From positions 1 to 64,000 of the forward strand of contig BROI01000012.1 in assembly GCA_027923505.1 (NCBI GenBank): 64,000 bases of DNA. Reading direction: 5' to 3'. The translations under genes were made by a program, and so were the position numbers. The notes below the pieces were generated by a model that saw nothing but the letters and a program-made list of their open reading frames with translations, made no database searches and was not told where the DNA came from. This DNA is from Mayamaea pseudoterrestris (lineage: Eukaryota). Shown here one piece after another: positions 1-11,712 of the stretch (position 1 is its first letter; each line of letters opens with the position of its first letter).

Positions 1-2440
1 TGACATTACATTCGTTTCGACTGACAAATTTGCTTATCCTCGGTCAAATTAAGCAATAGCGCAAGGTTCGAAAGCTCACCCGCCGACGGCCGTTTCAAGA
101 CGAGCAATGGCGATGTTTTCAAATGGCTTGGTGATGAATTCAATGTCCGAATCGAGCGTTTCTGCTTCCCGTAGGCGCAATCCCTTTGCGAAATGGCTGC
201 AATTTACGGAAAAGCTTGGGATGGCAGACGTCGCAAGCAATCTCCACCGTGATGTCGTGCATCTCTTGGCACGAAACAATTGCCCGCGGTAAAAAGTTCA
301 AGCAATCGAAGAACTGTTTCGTCACTCGTCACTATCATCGTCAATTGGAGGTTGCGAGCACGTTGTTTACTCGGAGCCACCTAATCGTTTACATTGGCTG
401 TCGCTTCATCCGTATTGGCCAATGCCCGAGTGACTTGCGCGCACGAGCGAGTACCGATAGAGCTCTGCCATTTCCGTACCTTCGTTCTCCTTGTTCAAAG
501 GTTAAAAGCCTCCATTCGAGTACTGTACAGTACTGCATTATAAACTGGATCGCATGAAGCGTAAAGTTTAACACCGTAGCGACTAGCGTCGAAATATGCA
601 CGAGAGGCCTTTCGTCAATTGTCAAGTAAATTCACTTTAAACTAGCATCAAGATCCAAGTCCTCTAGTCTTGGCGCAAAAAAGCGAAATTGTCATCCGCT
701 TGATGGAGACTGGAGACTGATGAACACTTGAACTTTCACCTTTCATCTTTGTTGCATCGTCATGAATCATGAAAATGGAATAACCTTACCAGTCCAGGCG
801 TCGGGTCGCATCGAACTTCACACTGTATGATCCAGGAATGGAGAATGAGGACTACTTGTAGTCTTGATCCTTGTCGCCATCCGGCATGGCATGGCTCGCG
901 GTCGGCATGAAAGGAATCAGCAACTTGGCGGTCGTGCAAAATCTTTCTCTTGTTCAAGAGTACTCTCAGAGAACCTTAAAAGTATCAAAGATATTGGCAC
1001 TGTGGATCAAACAGTAGTACCAAAAACTTTGATTTTCAACGTACGCTTACTATGAGATAAATAGTAGTGCCAAAAACTGAAAATAGGCCCAACGAAAGCA
1101 AGCAATATGATTGGATAGATCGTACGTCAGTAATGTCCATATTGTGACTGCTGCCAACGCCTTTGGCGGCACGGCAAAAGTCGAGACGCCGAAAGCTTTT
1201 CCATTCATGCTGCTCAAGCTAGCGCATCGTTGTGTCAACGACAATGGGCGCTGCTGGCAAAGGACGGAAACATGATGAACGGCCTGGCTCCACGACAAGC
1301 GTTGTTTTATAGCAGCACTAGCAATAGCAATCGCTACAGCATTAGGTGGTGGAAACTGCTGCCGCAAAGCACAATTCACTCCAGTACAGTATACTTTGTC
1401 ACGGAGAACCCGGCGGAATGTAGAGGCGACGAGGCGACAGTCAAAGTATTTTAGACTGCATTAGTGATTGCTGCAATCGAGTCGTTATGGATTTGGTCGC
1501 GGAGGAAGCAGCTGCATTCTGTAATGTCACAGACTATTGCTCGATACTCGATATCAATGATAAATTGGAACAACTGCAATCAGTTTTTGAAACATTCTAA
1601 ATCTCGGGTTAATATTCTACCAAATGGAATACCTTTCTTGCTGCGACGGAGTCACACGACAGCAGGTCGCCCTTCAGTTTTCAGACGGAACTTGGAAATT
1701 AACTTGCAGCAGTTGCGCTAGCTCTTTTCCGCCATTAATGCTACTGCACAAGATGAAGGGTCTCTCGCAGCGTTGACCTTTTTTATAGCGAACAACTTGG
1801 CTTGCGATTATTCGCGTTTCTGCCGACTTTGAGCACTGCGTCAGCCATTGAACGTGCAGTCAACGTTCTTGCGAGACAATGTCATGGAGTTGCCCAGTAT
1901 GGAAGAGTAGATTTCGGACAAGCTTCGTATCCATCGGAACAAAAGGAGGGGCTGCAACAAGCAAAGCTAGCGTCGCGAGGGTGGCCGCGCAATTGATTCT
2001 TATGACGGTACAAGATGGAGGAAGTGACTATCATGACACTCCGAAGCACTTGGCGCACGACGACGGTTTCCTACCTTTGTTATCGATAGCAAGCTCCCAT
2101 AGAATAGACGCAGGAGAGCTGTTTCTATTTCTTAGCGGTTATCCTATTCGAACCACACGACCCTTTGCCTCTTTCAAGGACAATATCATCGTGCCTATCG
2201 ATAATGGGTGGTTCAAAGAGCTGACCACCATTCTCTTGCCACGACAATGGAATATGCATGCACACAAAGTGCGACTGTTGCTGGATAATCGAAATGTTCT
2301 ATTTGGAATCTTTTTTCCGGTGCACCGAACTCTGCATCCACGGACAGGGCATTGACTGAGAATCAAGGACAGTATGCCATGCGCATTAAGCTCAAGCATT
2401 CGGTGCGGCGCTGAAACGGAAACATGTGTTGCCCTTTTGG

Positions 2441-2576
2441 GCGCACATATTAGGTTCACTTCACCAATACAAAAAGGCGGCTTTTAACTCGGCTACCAAT
2501 ATCCGTTGCGCACATATTAGGTTCACTTCACCAATACAAAAAGGCGGCTTTTAACTCGGCTACCAATATCCGTTGC
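2441..2576. repeat. Perfect 67-bp tandem duplication
   Basis: gcgcacatattaggttcact...ccaatatccgtt occurs at 2441-2507 and again at 2508-2574, followed by gc. The copies are identical by eye. Confidence 0.95.
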
Positions 2577-4323
2577 AAAAGCTACTCGCGTCGAACGAAC
2601 AATGTGTGGCCGTCAATGGCGTTTAGTAGTTGCGACCAGCTGTGTTCCGGAATTTGGGAATAGGCAAATACTTGATTACAATGCTGCCTCGGATGGTCGT
2701 CATCGCACAACATGACCATGGTTCTTATGCGGTCTGGCGTGTGCAACGTGCGAATCTATTGCTTTCGAGTTGGAGGCTAGCGGAGTTATGGACGCATTGC
2801 GCCAGCGATACTTTTCTCGCCATGGCGGCATGCTTGATGATTATATCATTTATTTAACCAAAACATAGTGGGTGACAAATAGATTGTTTCTGCATCCCTA
2901 TCTACCGGTACACATAAACGTAGCAACACTAATTTAATATGGACGCCGCTGCTGACAAAGGGACATTATGTAAATGACTCCAAGCGTAAAGACATTGATA
3001 AAAAAAAATACTGCGACCGCTGTAGTCGGGGACTGAACAGCTCCTTGCCCAAGGTACGCCGATACTAACGCCTCGGAGCCTCTGAAGCTTTTTGCAACCG
3101 TAAAACTCTACCACGATTTAAAGTCGACAGCGTCGTTCGGCGGCGTTAACGTTATGCGATTTACCACTCCTCGCCGAAATGAGTTTGTGATGCCCTGTCA
3201 TGGGTTAGAACCCTTCGTGTTATGTCGAATATGGTGCTTCTAAAAAATACACTTGTCAAAAGCAGCTTGCTGACGCTTCCCTCTGCAAAGCGCAGCAGTC
3301 GACAACGATCAAATCGACCGGAAGAGCATAACAGCCATCCATCACCAGCGACGATATATATCAATAATGGTTCCAAAAGTTGATCGTACGCTGTTTGTAG
3401 ATCCATGTGCTGTCACTGGTTGCAAGCGTTGCGAAAGCTTCCCAAACAGAAGCAAAGTCGCGTTAGCAAGACCCCAACGTTCATGCCCAATTCTCGTCTC
3501 AAAAGCCCGCAGATTTGCAATACACCGGAAACAGTGGGTGCCATTTATAGCCATGCCTGTAGCATCATCCAATCTCATTGCTGCGTCAAGGCAGCTCGTT
3601 CTTGATAAATTCGCCAACGCTTTGTCGTTACGAGTATCGACCCACTGGCCGTCCGCCAACATATCCGTCGAGAAGAATTATTGTTGATTGTTACCAAATC
3701 AGTATAGTAACTAACAGTTGTGTGACTGATTGTTTCAAGGCATCGTCGTCGCAAACCCCATTCGGCTTTCCGGCTTCGACGACTCTGTACAAGCACAACC
3801 AATAGTCGGACGTCTGATCAAACTTCTAACAGTTTTGAAATTGATAAAGATTCCGTCGAAGTGGCCTTGTTTTGATATGTATGAGTTCTTGCGTCGAAGG
3901 TTCCTCATTGGTTGACAGTAAACCATCCTATTTCATGCATTCCTGCTCCGCTTCGTTTCTTGGCGAATCGTTCCAGCTCTTGCGACTGGCACTTGCTCCA
4001 AAGGGCGAAGGGACTCAATATGCTAGAAAGGAATCCTCATGCAATAAAATCATGTCAAGCAAGAGAAGAAACTCATTTTCTGATCAATTCGCCAGATTTG
4101 AGCAAGCTTTGACGCATTCAATTGCTGACAGCACACGAAGAACGAACGACGACTCTTTGCGAACAGTGCGACAGTAGCCAATTGAAACATGGTTTGCTGT
4201 ATATTCTTGACGACAGCTTTCGCCAATTGATGAACTCCTCACTATCGAATGGTATCGTTGGCCGGCAGGCAAGAGATCCTCCACCAGAGAGCTTGTTGTA
4301 CGGCTTGCCCTGATGGCACTTTG

Positions 4324-4702
4324 TGACGGAGTTTTCACTGGCACTCGTTTCGTACTATTGCCTTAATGACGTAATTGACACTGGCACTCGTTTCGTAATA
4401 TTGCCTTTATGACGTAATTGACACTGGCACTCGTTTCGTACTATTGCTCTATGACGTAGTTTTCACTGGCACTTGTTTCATACTATTGCCTTATGACGTA
4501 GTTTTCACTGGCACTCGTTTCACAGTATGGGCTTGTGACGTAGTTTTCACTGGCACTCGTTTCGTACTATTGCCTGGTGACGTAGTTTTCACTGGCACTC
4601 TTTTTACAAAATTGCCCTGTGACGTAGTTTTCACTGGCCCTCTTTGCGTACTATTGCCTCGTGACGTAGTTTTCACTGGCACTCGTTTCGTACTATTGCC
4701 TA
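4324..4702. repeat. 42-bp minisatellite, 9 copies (consensus tgacgtagttttcactggcactcgtttcgtactattgcctta)
   Basis: Units start at 4324, 4367, 4410, 4452, 4494, 4536, 4578, 4620 and 4662. The first two are 43 bp, the rest 42 bp. Confidence 0.95.
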
Positions 4703-6430
4703 TCGAACGTGATGCGTCCATCACGATCAAACCACCATTATTTTTAAACTCACGACTTTGCTGCATCATTGCATGCTTAAGCTATTACGAGTGTCGTCTT
4801 TCGTTCAGGACAAAACAAAAACAATACAAAAGGCGGAAATACGCGAGTGACTTGTGTCATTTCTGACGGCAACCGACACTGCTTCCAGCCTCGTCGGGTG
4901 CCCGCAGTCGATGAGATGCTCAAATGTTCACGTCGCACCAGATATGGGTCGATATTGAACCTCTGTAGCATTTCAAATTGACAGTGAGCAATGGGCGACG
5001 CATCACAAGATGCACTGTACGCCTCAGCATCTCGCCTTGCAGTTTGCAGTCGGAATGATGGGTGGCAGGTGGCAGCGATGGCAAGTGGCGATTGTGAGGC
5101 ACACAAAGCGCTTTCAAAACATTCGCCTTCATGAGCGTTTCAGTCAGCAACGCTCAGTCAGCAGCCAAGCTTTTGTTACTGAGCTTGTTGCTGCGATTGT
5201 TCATGGGTTCAAGGTCGTCGTCGCTCGACGTTCGTCGTTATCAAGACCAAAACCATCCTTCGAAAACAAGCGCACATGCAACTGAAATGTATGCTACTCA
5301 GCACTCAATCCTTCGCCACTGTTACTCATCAAGATGCTCATTTTTTTACTATTGGATTTGAATTCGTTAAAGACAAAAGGAGCCAGTGCGGGAAATGATC
5401 ATACGGCGAGATAACATCATGGTTGGCTATCCGCTGTCACGTTCACCTTTCGACGCAGTACCTTTTCTAATTTCTTCGCTGCAGTTTCTATTTGGAGCTT
5501 TGATTATGCAAAGTAGCCGCTTTGGTTTATGCTATCAGTCAAACCTCTTTGGAAGCAACGCAAGTAGTCGATGAGTGCGTGCCTACCGCTGTGCAAGTTT
5601 CTTTGCCGCCACAGCAAAACGATCACGCGACCACCAATGTCTCCATGCAAGTAACATTACCACGCCATAGTGCCTACGAAGACGCACAAGTTCACGACGG
5701 TGAGCTCTTGTCGGAGGGCGGCTTTGCGGTTTGACTCAAGACGCATAAACTTCACTGGGCGCTAGCATGGCTCGGCATGTTCCGTGCAGCCAGGGATTGA
5801 ATGTTATCTTCTAATATCGTCTTTGCTACTTGATTTAAATGCTGTTTCGCTGCTGCCATCGCTTACTACGCAGCAGTAAAAGGGATCGTTGTGCTCAATC
5901 ACGTACAAGTCAATACAAAGCTGCCTGCTACGGCACCATCCACGTTCGGACTATTCGCAGGATCACAATTCGCTCCTCGAACAAGAAACGTGCGACTATC
6001 TAAAGCATACAGATATATTGTCAATGACTCAGCTTGACTGACAACAAAGTGTTGGACGGCGATCAGCAAACATAATGAGAGTAAAAATGCAAGTTAAACC
6101 TCGTGGTGTCGTGACTTGAGCAAATTTTGCACTACCGGAACTTTTCGGGACGAGTATCAAAAGGAATAACATCGTTTCTTGTCGTTCTGTAGTCCTCCTG
6201 CAATCGGCTGATCCGTGTCGACGACGCACCAGCGACCATTGCCGCGCTCTCGTTTGCAGCAATCAACAACAAGGCGATGAATAAAGCATGCGTTGCTATC
6301 CTGATGCTTCTCTGGCACGATTTTACATGCTATGACGCACGATTTACGAGAAGAAATGCTTATATTGATAAAGTACTGATGTGTAAACTTTTTGCCAAAG
6401 CTGCTTTGTTCGCATCCAGCCTGTCAAATC

Positions 6431-7716
6431 CTATCCGCTGACTGCCGCAGTCGTTGGTTGTCGCTGCTGCTGTGAGCCTCCTCGCCCACGCCCGCGAACA
6501 TTCGCACTGCCTTGCGCATACTCTGTGCCTCGACCATACGAGGACTCTCGTCCGCCGCGCCCGCGTCCCCGACCGCCGGAGCGTCCTCGTCCGGAAGCAC
6601 CGCCTCGACCTTCCGTCGCTCCACCACGGCCAGCACCTTCACCTCGTCCGCCTCCACGCCTATTGTAATTGCTTTGGTTGCTGTTGTTGTATCGTCCACC
6701 GCGACCACGTCCGCGGCCCTGCTTGTTGGTATTCAATGCAACGGCGCCAAAAGTTTCCGTATTCAAGTGCCGCTCCTGAACATTGCGCAAGCGATGATCA
6801 ATTCCTCGCTCCTTGTCGAGCGCATCGCAACTGATACTATCAAAGAATCCATCATTCATATTTCCATCGCTAGACTTGGAGGGATTGTAACCAGTCGCTT
6901 GAGCCGGAGGCAATTCATCGCCCGCTTCCTCCTCATCGTCATCCTCATCGGAACCAAATTGCTTTTGATTGGCGGCAAAGTCAAAGTCCCCAACAGGATT
7001 CTCCCACTTTTTCTGAGGTCCCTTGACTCCGCGAGCTTGCGCTCCAAGTAGACTCGCTCCAGTTCCGACGAGTGCATCATTGGAGCGTTGATTGGGTTGC
7101 TTCGGTGGAGCAGTTGTAGTAGAGTTTCGTGAATCATTCTTGCTTCCTGCGGAAGGAGGAGCAGCCGGCTTGGATCTACTATTAATATCTGCTGGAACAG
7201 AGGCTGCTGCTGCAGTAGAAGCGGCTGGTTCCGTTGGTTTTGGAGGACTTGCTGGTGGAGGCGTAGGTGCAACTACCGCTGGAGCACTTGTCGTATCTTT
7301 CGTTGCGTCGCTAGTAGCCGCCTCTGCATTCTCATTCGCAGCAGCCGCAGACGCTTCATGGACATGCAAATCCTTAATGTCTTGTCCTCGAAAGAGTAAG
7401 AATGGGTGAATTGCATCGACTGATGGAGCAACAAAGGCGGGAGCTTCTCGTCCTTCCGTTCCATACGAAACGACATTTTGAAGGGCGACAGTCGCATTTT
7501 GCTCGTTAATGCTGTAGAGAATTCCTTCGTATCGAATATTCTTTTTCGAAACCAGACTTATGCGTTTGCCTTTGAAAATAATGTAGCAGAATTAAATGAG
7601 ACGGAAGAAGAGTTGAAACGAATAAAGGACGAGTCATTCACTACATGTCATTCGTTCAATCTCGGATCTTCTTGCTCATTCATGCATCACTCACCAATCA
7701 ATGGATTCGAAGACAT
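6431..7716 (-). CDS. LSM14: LSM14/Scd6/RAP55/Trailer-hitch family mRNA decapping and P-body protein (~386 aa, 2 exons: 7716-7695, 7569-6431)
   Basis: Splicing the GTGAGT...AAG intron 7694-7570 gives an LSm domain ([48 protein letters not shown]...FLLFRGQDIKDLHV). It is followed by FDF (GDFDF), FFD (FFDSISCD) and TFG (NTETFG) boxes and an RGG-rich tail. Confidence 0.93.
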
Positions 7717-7984
7717 GATGGTATTGATGCTATGAAGCTATTGAAAATATTACTGTATGACTGAGAGGCAAACTGCTGGGGAGGTTTTGCAAGATGACTT
7801 CCACGGTGCGGCAGCTTTTCCCATGGTGGCAAGATGCGCATGATGCCAGCTGGCGAGAAAGTGGCGCGAAAATACTGTCGTACCGGTATAAGGTTCTTTA
7901 CCAGTGCGATGCCATCACTGCCATGCCATTAGCGTTCCGCATCACAATCACACCTTCCCTTGGTTTTCTTCAGCTTGAGCAGCC

Positions 7985-9943
7985 ATGATAGTATTTACAA
8001 GACGGCGAAACAACTGCAAACGTATTCTACTCTTATCGTATCTGCTTTCAAAAGCAGCCATGGTCATGACGCTAACTTCCAAAGCCTCAAAATTTGCTTC
8101 TTCTACCTCCATCGTTGGACGAACATCATCGCATCGCCGCTCATTTTTTCAAAGGACGCCGATGACCATGATGCCTGAAGGCCCCGAGGTTCGCACAGTT
8201 GTCAAGCAGCTGCAAGGAGCCGTGGGTCGAAGGCTTGCTGGCGTGGAATTTCTATCAGGTCGATACTCGCTTCAGAATCCACCGTCCGGATACGAAGATT
8301 TCCAATTGACAATGCAGCAATCCGAAAGCACTACTACCGGTGGCAAGATGATTGACGTTATACAACAATGGAACTGCAAGGGAAAATTCATTTACATTGT
8401 TTTAGATGATGGCGTTTCTACCGATGCTCCAAACCAGACTGTTGATTCACAAGACTATCAGCGATCCATTTGGATCACCCTTGGCATGACGGGTCGCTTC
8501 GTCAATGAGCAGACGCACCTGCAGCAGCTACATGATCAGCGCAGCAATGGTAGTAGTAATCACGCTCGATGGGCTCTCAATCTTGTCTCGCGTGACACTT
8601 GCGAAACCAAGAGAGTATATTACTATGACCAGCGAGGCTTTGGAACGCTCAAGTTTTGCTTATCGAAACAACAGCTCGACGCCAAGCTGCAATCGCTGGG
8701 GCCCGATGTTTTGCAATCTGCAGTCTTTACACTCTCCGAATTTCGTCATGTCTTGTCGAATACGTCGCCAAGCATGAACATTTGCAAGTTTCTCATGAAT
8801 CAGTCCAAAATTGCCGGGGTTGGCAATTACATCTTGGCCGAATCGTTGTATCGAGCCAAGATTGATCCATTTGCTACTGTCGGAGAAATTTTGACAGAAA
8901 AGGTCGACAATCAGCCGGAACCACGATCGCAACGACTGTTTGAAGCAATTCAGTCCGTCGCTCAAGAGTCGTATGACTCGCAGCGGCAGCAGCAGCAACG
9001 CGACACGAACGACTACAAGACGTTTGAAATGTACTGCTACGGACGAACAACCTGCAACAAGGGCAATTTGGTCTATCGAATGACCAATGGGCCACACGGA
9101 AAAACTATTTGGTACACGGAGGAGCAATTGTTTATGCCGCTAAAGGATCGTATGGTGCAACATGTTCCTGATAGTGATGACGACGAGATGATTTTAGACG
9201 AAATAGAACAACAGCAGAGGGCTGGTCGCGAAGTTAACTCGGCTGTGGATGAACTGCTTAAAGGCCTTGTAGAGCCAAGCTGGAAAGCCAGTCTTGTTGA
9301 TGTTACTGGTTCGCCGCTATTTGCAAAACTAGCGACATTTCTGCAGGAGGAACGACTTGCGGGCGCCACCGTATATCCGCCACATGAAGAAATCTTTACA
9401 GCACTAAATCTCTGCCCGTTGAGCCAGGTGAGGGTTGTTATTATTGGCCAAGATCCATATCACGGACCTGGACAAGGGCATGGCCTTGCCTTTTCGGTCA
9501 AGCGAAACGTCCGGCCACTACCTCCGTCGCTGAAGAACATTATTCGCGAGGCCGTGGAGGACGTCGGCATTGACGAACCAAAGCATGGCAACTTGGAGCA
9601 CTGGGCCCGGCAAGGTGTGCTGCTTCTCAATACAGTGTTGACGGTGCGTCGTGGACAAGCTAATAGTCACGCCAAAAAAGGATGGGAGGAATTTACGGAC
9701 GCTTGCATCCGAAAAGTTAATGAGCAGCATACTGGCGTTGTCTTTTTGCTGTGGGGCAATCCGGCAGCAAAGAAAGCCAGCTTTGTTGACCCCAACCGGC
9801 ATGATGTCATAAAGACGAGCCATCCAAGTCCATTGGGAGCAAGCAAAACGGATTCACCTTTTCTCGGTTCGCGGTGTTTTAGTCGAGCAAACTTGGCCCT
9901 GGAGGAGCAAGGCAAAACACCAATCGACTGGACCATACAGTAA
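7985..9943 (+). CDS. Fusion of an Fpg/Nei-family DNA glycosylase/AP lyase (N-terminal) with a family-1 uracil-DNA glycosylase (C-terminal), preceded by a putative targeting leader; 652 aa
   Basis: One uninterrupted ORF. Nei half: MPEGPEV at 8171, KGKF, LGMTG and the H2TH motif FLMNQSKIAGVGNYILAESLY. Acidic linker at ~9160-9220. UNG half: VRVVIIGQDPYHGPGQGHGLAFSV (GQDPY at 9446), PPSLKNI, WARQGVLLLNTVLTV, FLLWG, HPSPL (9821) and C-terminal PIDW. Confidence 0.92.
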   Translation: MIVFTRRRNNCKRILLLSYLLSKAAMVMTLTSKASKFASSTSIVGRTSSHRRSFFQRTPMTMMPEGPEVRTVVKQLQGAVGRRLAGVEFLSGRYSLQNPPSGYEDFQLTMQQSESTTTGGKMIDVIQQWNCKGKFIYIVLDDGVSTDAPNQTVDSQDYQRSIWITLGMTGRFVNEQTHLQQLHDQRSNGSSNHARWALNLVSRDTCETKRVYYYDQRGFGTLKFCLSKQQLDAKLQSLGPDVLQSAVFTLSEFRHVLSNTSPSMNICKFLMNQSKIAGVGNYILAESLYRAKIDPFATVGEILTEKVDNQPEPRSQRLFEAIQSVAQESYDSQRQQQQRDTNDYKTFEMYCYGRTTCNKGNLVYRMTNGPHGKTIWYTEEQLFMPLKDRMVQHVPDSDDDEMILDEIEQQQRAGREVNSAVDELLKGLVEPSWKASLVDVTGSPLFAKLATFLQEERLAGATVYPPHEEIFTALNLCPLSQVRVVIIGQDPYHGPGQGHGLAFSVKRNVRPLPPSLKNIIREAVEDVGIDEPKHGNLEHWARQGVLLLNTVLTVRRGQANSHAKKGWEEFTDACIRKVNEQHTGVVFLLWGNPAAKKASFVDPNRHDVIKTSHPSPLGASKTDSPFLGSRCFSRANLALEEQGKTPIDWTIQ

Positions 9944-10094
9944 AACGCACATGCGAATTATGGAATAGAATAAAAAACCAATCATAATGTTACAATTTAA
10001 AGGGGGATGCTCTATATAGCAGGAATGTCAGTGTTCAACTGCATCGTGTGAGGTGTTTGGGTTTGGAAACAGGAAGTGGCAGGATACAGCGTAT

Positions 10095-11712
10095 CTATAG
10101 CTTTGGCCACTTGACATTGGATCGCAATGAGTCCATAGCTTCAAAGTGGCGGTGTGGTCTCTCGAGATAGTCGCCTACCTCATACCACCAATGGCGGTTC
10201 GTCGGCTCGGGTGTGGGCAGCAGCACCTTGGCCGTCGCCGCCGTCCGTCGGACAGAGTCGCGTGCAGCGACCGGCTCCACACCAAGTAATTCGGAAACCT
10301 TGGTACTTGCTAATATTCCACGAAAGGGATTGCTCGGAGAGCCGAGACCAGAGTTTGGCTCCGTCACGATCGTCTCGTCTGAAAAGCATCCATTGCGGAT
10401 CCGACAAAATTGGTCGGGATTCATATTGGCATTCTGTGCAATCTGATAAACCTTGCGCATGGCTTCCGGCGAAAGCTCCTTGGTGCGACTATAGATGAAA
10501 GCGCCATCGTAGGTATTTTGTCTCGTCTTACCATTATAGTAGACAAATTTAAATTCATCCATGCCTGGATCATTCTCGCCGATAATGTACCAATTTTCCC
10601 AGAATTCTGTCGAGAGGAGTGGACAATGGAGTTAGTTGACAGTGCTCGAAATGATGATTAAGACTCCTGCATATGCATTCTCATTCATGACACTTACTCA
10701 GCCCGAACATTTCGCCTTCACTGTGCGCCGTTCGTGAGTAGCTGACCTCTCGATCCGTTCCCTTGCCCAGAATAAGTTTCTCCAGTGGGTTTTGGACATT
10801 GTCAAAGACCATTGTCTCTCGAGTATTATAGTCATTCAGTCCGATCGAGGTACTCCCTATCAAATGTTCATCGCGAAACTGAATGAGTTCGCGCACATTG
10901 GTGGGCGGCGGTGGTGAACCATCCGGCAACAAGTGCGGCATGCTAAACTCCACATCCACTTGGAGTCGATTGCTTCCAGTAAAGACGGTTGGATGCGATT
11001 GTGGAAGAGTGAACGTATTTCGCTGGCAAGCGTAGCAGTCATAGTTTGGATTGTATCCAACTACCTTGTACCAGGAACCTTGTAGCGAGAGTGGATCAAA
11101 ATTGTTGACCGTCGGAGCTGGCGCGCGAGGTTCCTCACCATAGGCGTCGGCACCTCCTGGTAGAATAGCAACCTTGATGCACTCATGGTCTTCAATGGTG
11201 CACTTCAAAAGGTGATCCAAATTGGAATTGCCGTAGCGTGCCATACACCCTGTTATGCAGGCATTGTCGCCCAAGCACTTGGCTGTGCACGTCAATCCCT
11301 TGCGACAATCGGGATCGTCAGCTAGACAAGCCTTGGCTTGGAGCGAACATTTGTCAACAAGGCAGGTTTGATCAACCAGTGACGTATCAAGACCGCCGCC
11401 GTACTTTGCGGATAACTCATTCTCGGCCAAGACTGGTGAGGAAAATGCGACTGAAGCCGCTAATAGCCCGGCAGCAGCAAAGCCTGTTAAAACTTTCCGT
11501 AAATGATTCAATGTGAACGAGCCTTCTGTTTCAAGTGAATTGGTTTGATAAGCTTGTAGCTGCATTTGATTTGCATGCGAAAAGGGTATCTGACGCGTGC
11601 CAAATGCGAACTTGTTGCTGCTGCTGGTGCTTGATGGCACAAACGCCATGGTCGGACAAGTCACTGCCGCGACTGCTGCGCAAGCTATCGGTATTGCTAG
11701 AGCCCGCTTCAT
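10095..11712 (-). CDS. VDL2: Violaxanthin de-epoxidase-like protein, VDL2 type (~508 aa, 2 exons: 11712-10698, 10606-10095), plastid-targeted
   Basis: Signal peptide ending TMA|FVP. Cys-rich VDE N-domain (CLVDKC..KAC..C..TC..KC...C..GC) and lipocalin motif WYKVVGYNPNYDCYACQ. The 91-nt GTAAGT..ctaac..CAG intron 10697-10607 restores EGEMFGLKFWENWYIIGEND...YYNGKTRQNTYDGAFIYSR. The paralog call is supported by adjacency to ZEP1. Confidence 0.88.

Noticed and set aside
4444..4866. Repeat proteins encoded by the 42-bp minisatellite (both strands)
   Set aside because: The + ORF starts at TTG, 43-bp units break the frame, and no domain is recognisable. Openness is expected for a 3n unit.
6424..7409. 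Alternative-frame and antisense ORFs over LSM14 (likewise over ZEP1, TTC4, the MAN1-like gene and petC)
   Set aside because: Shadow ORFs of genuine coding sequence.
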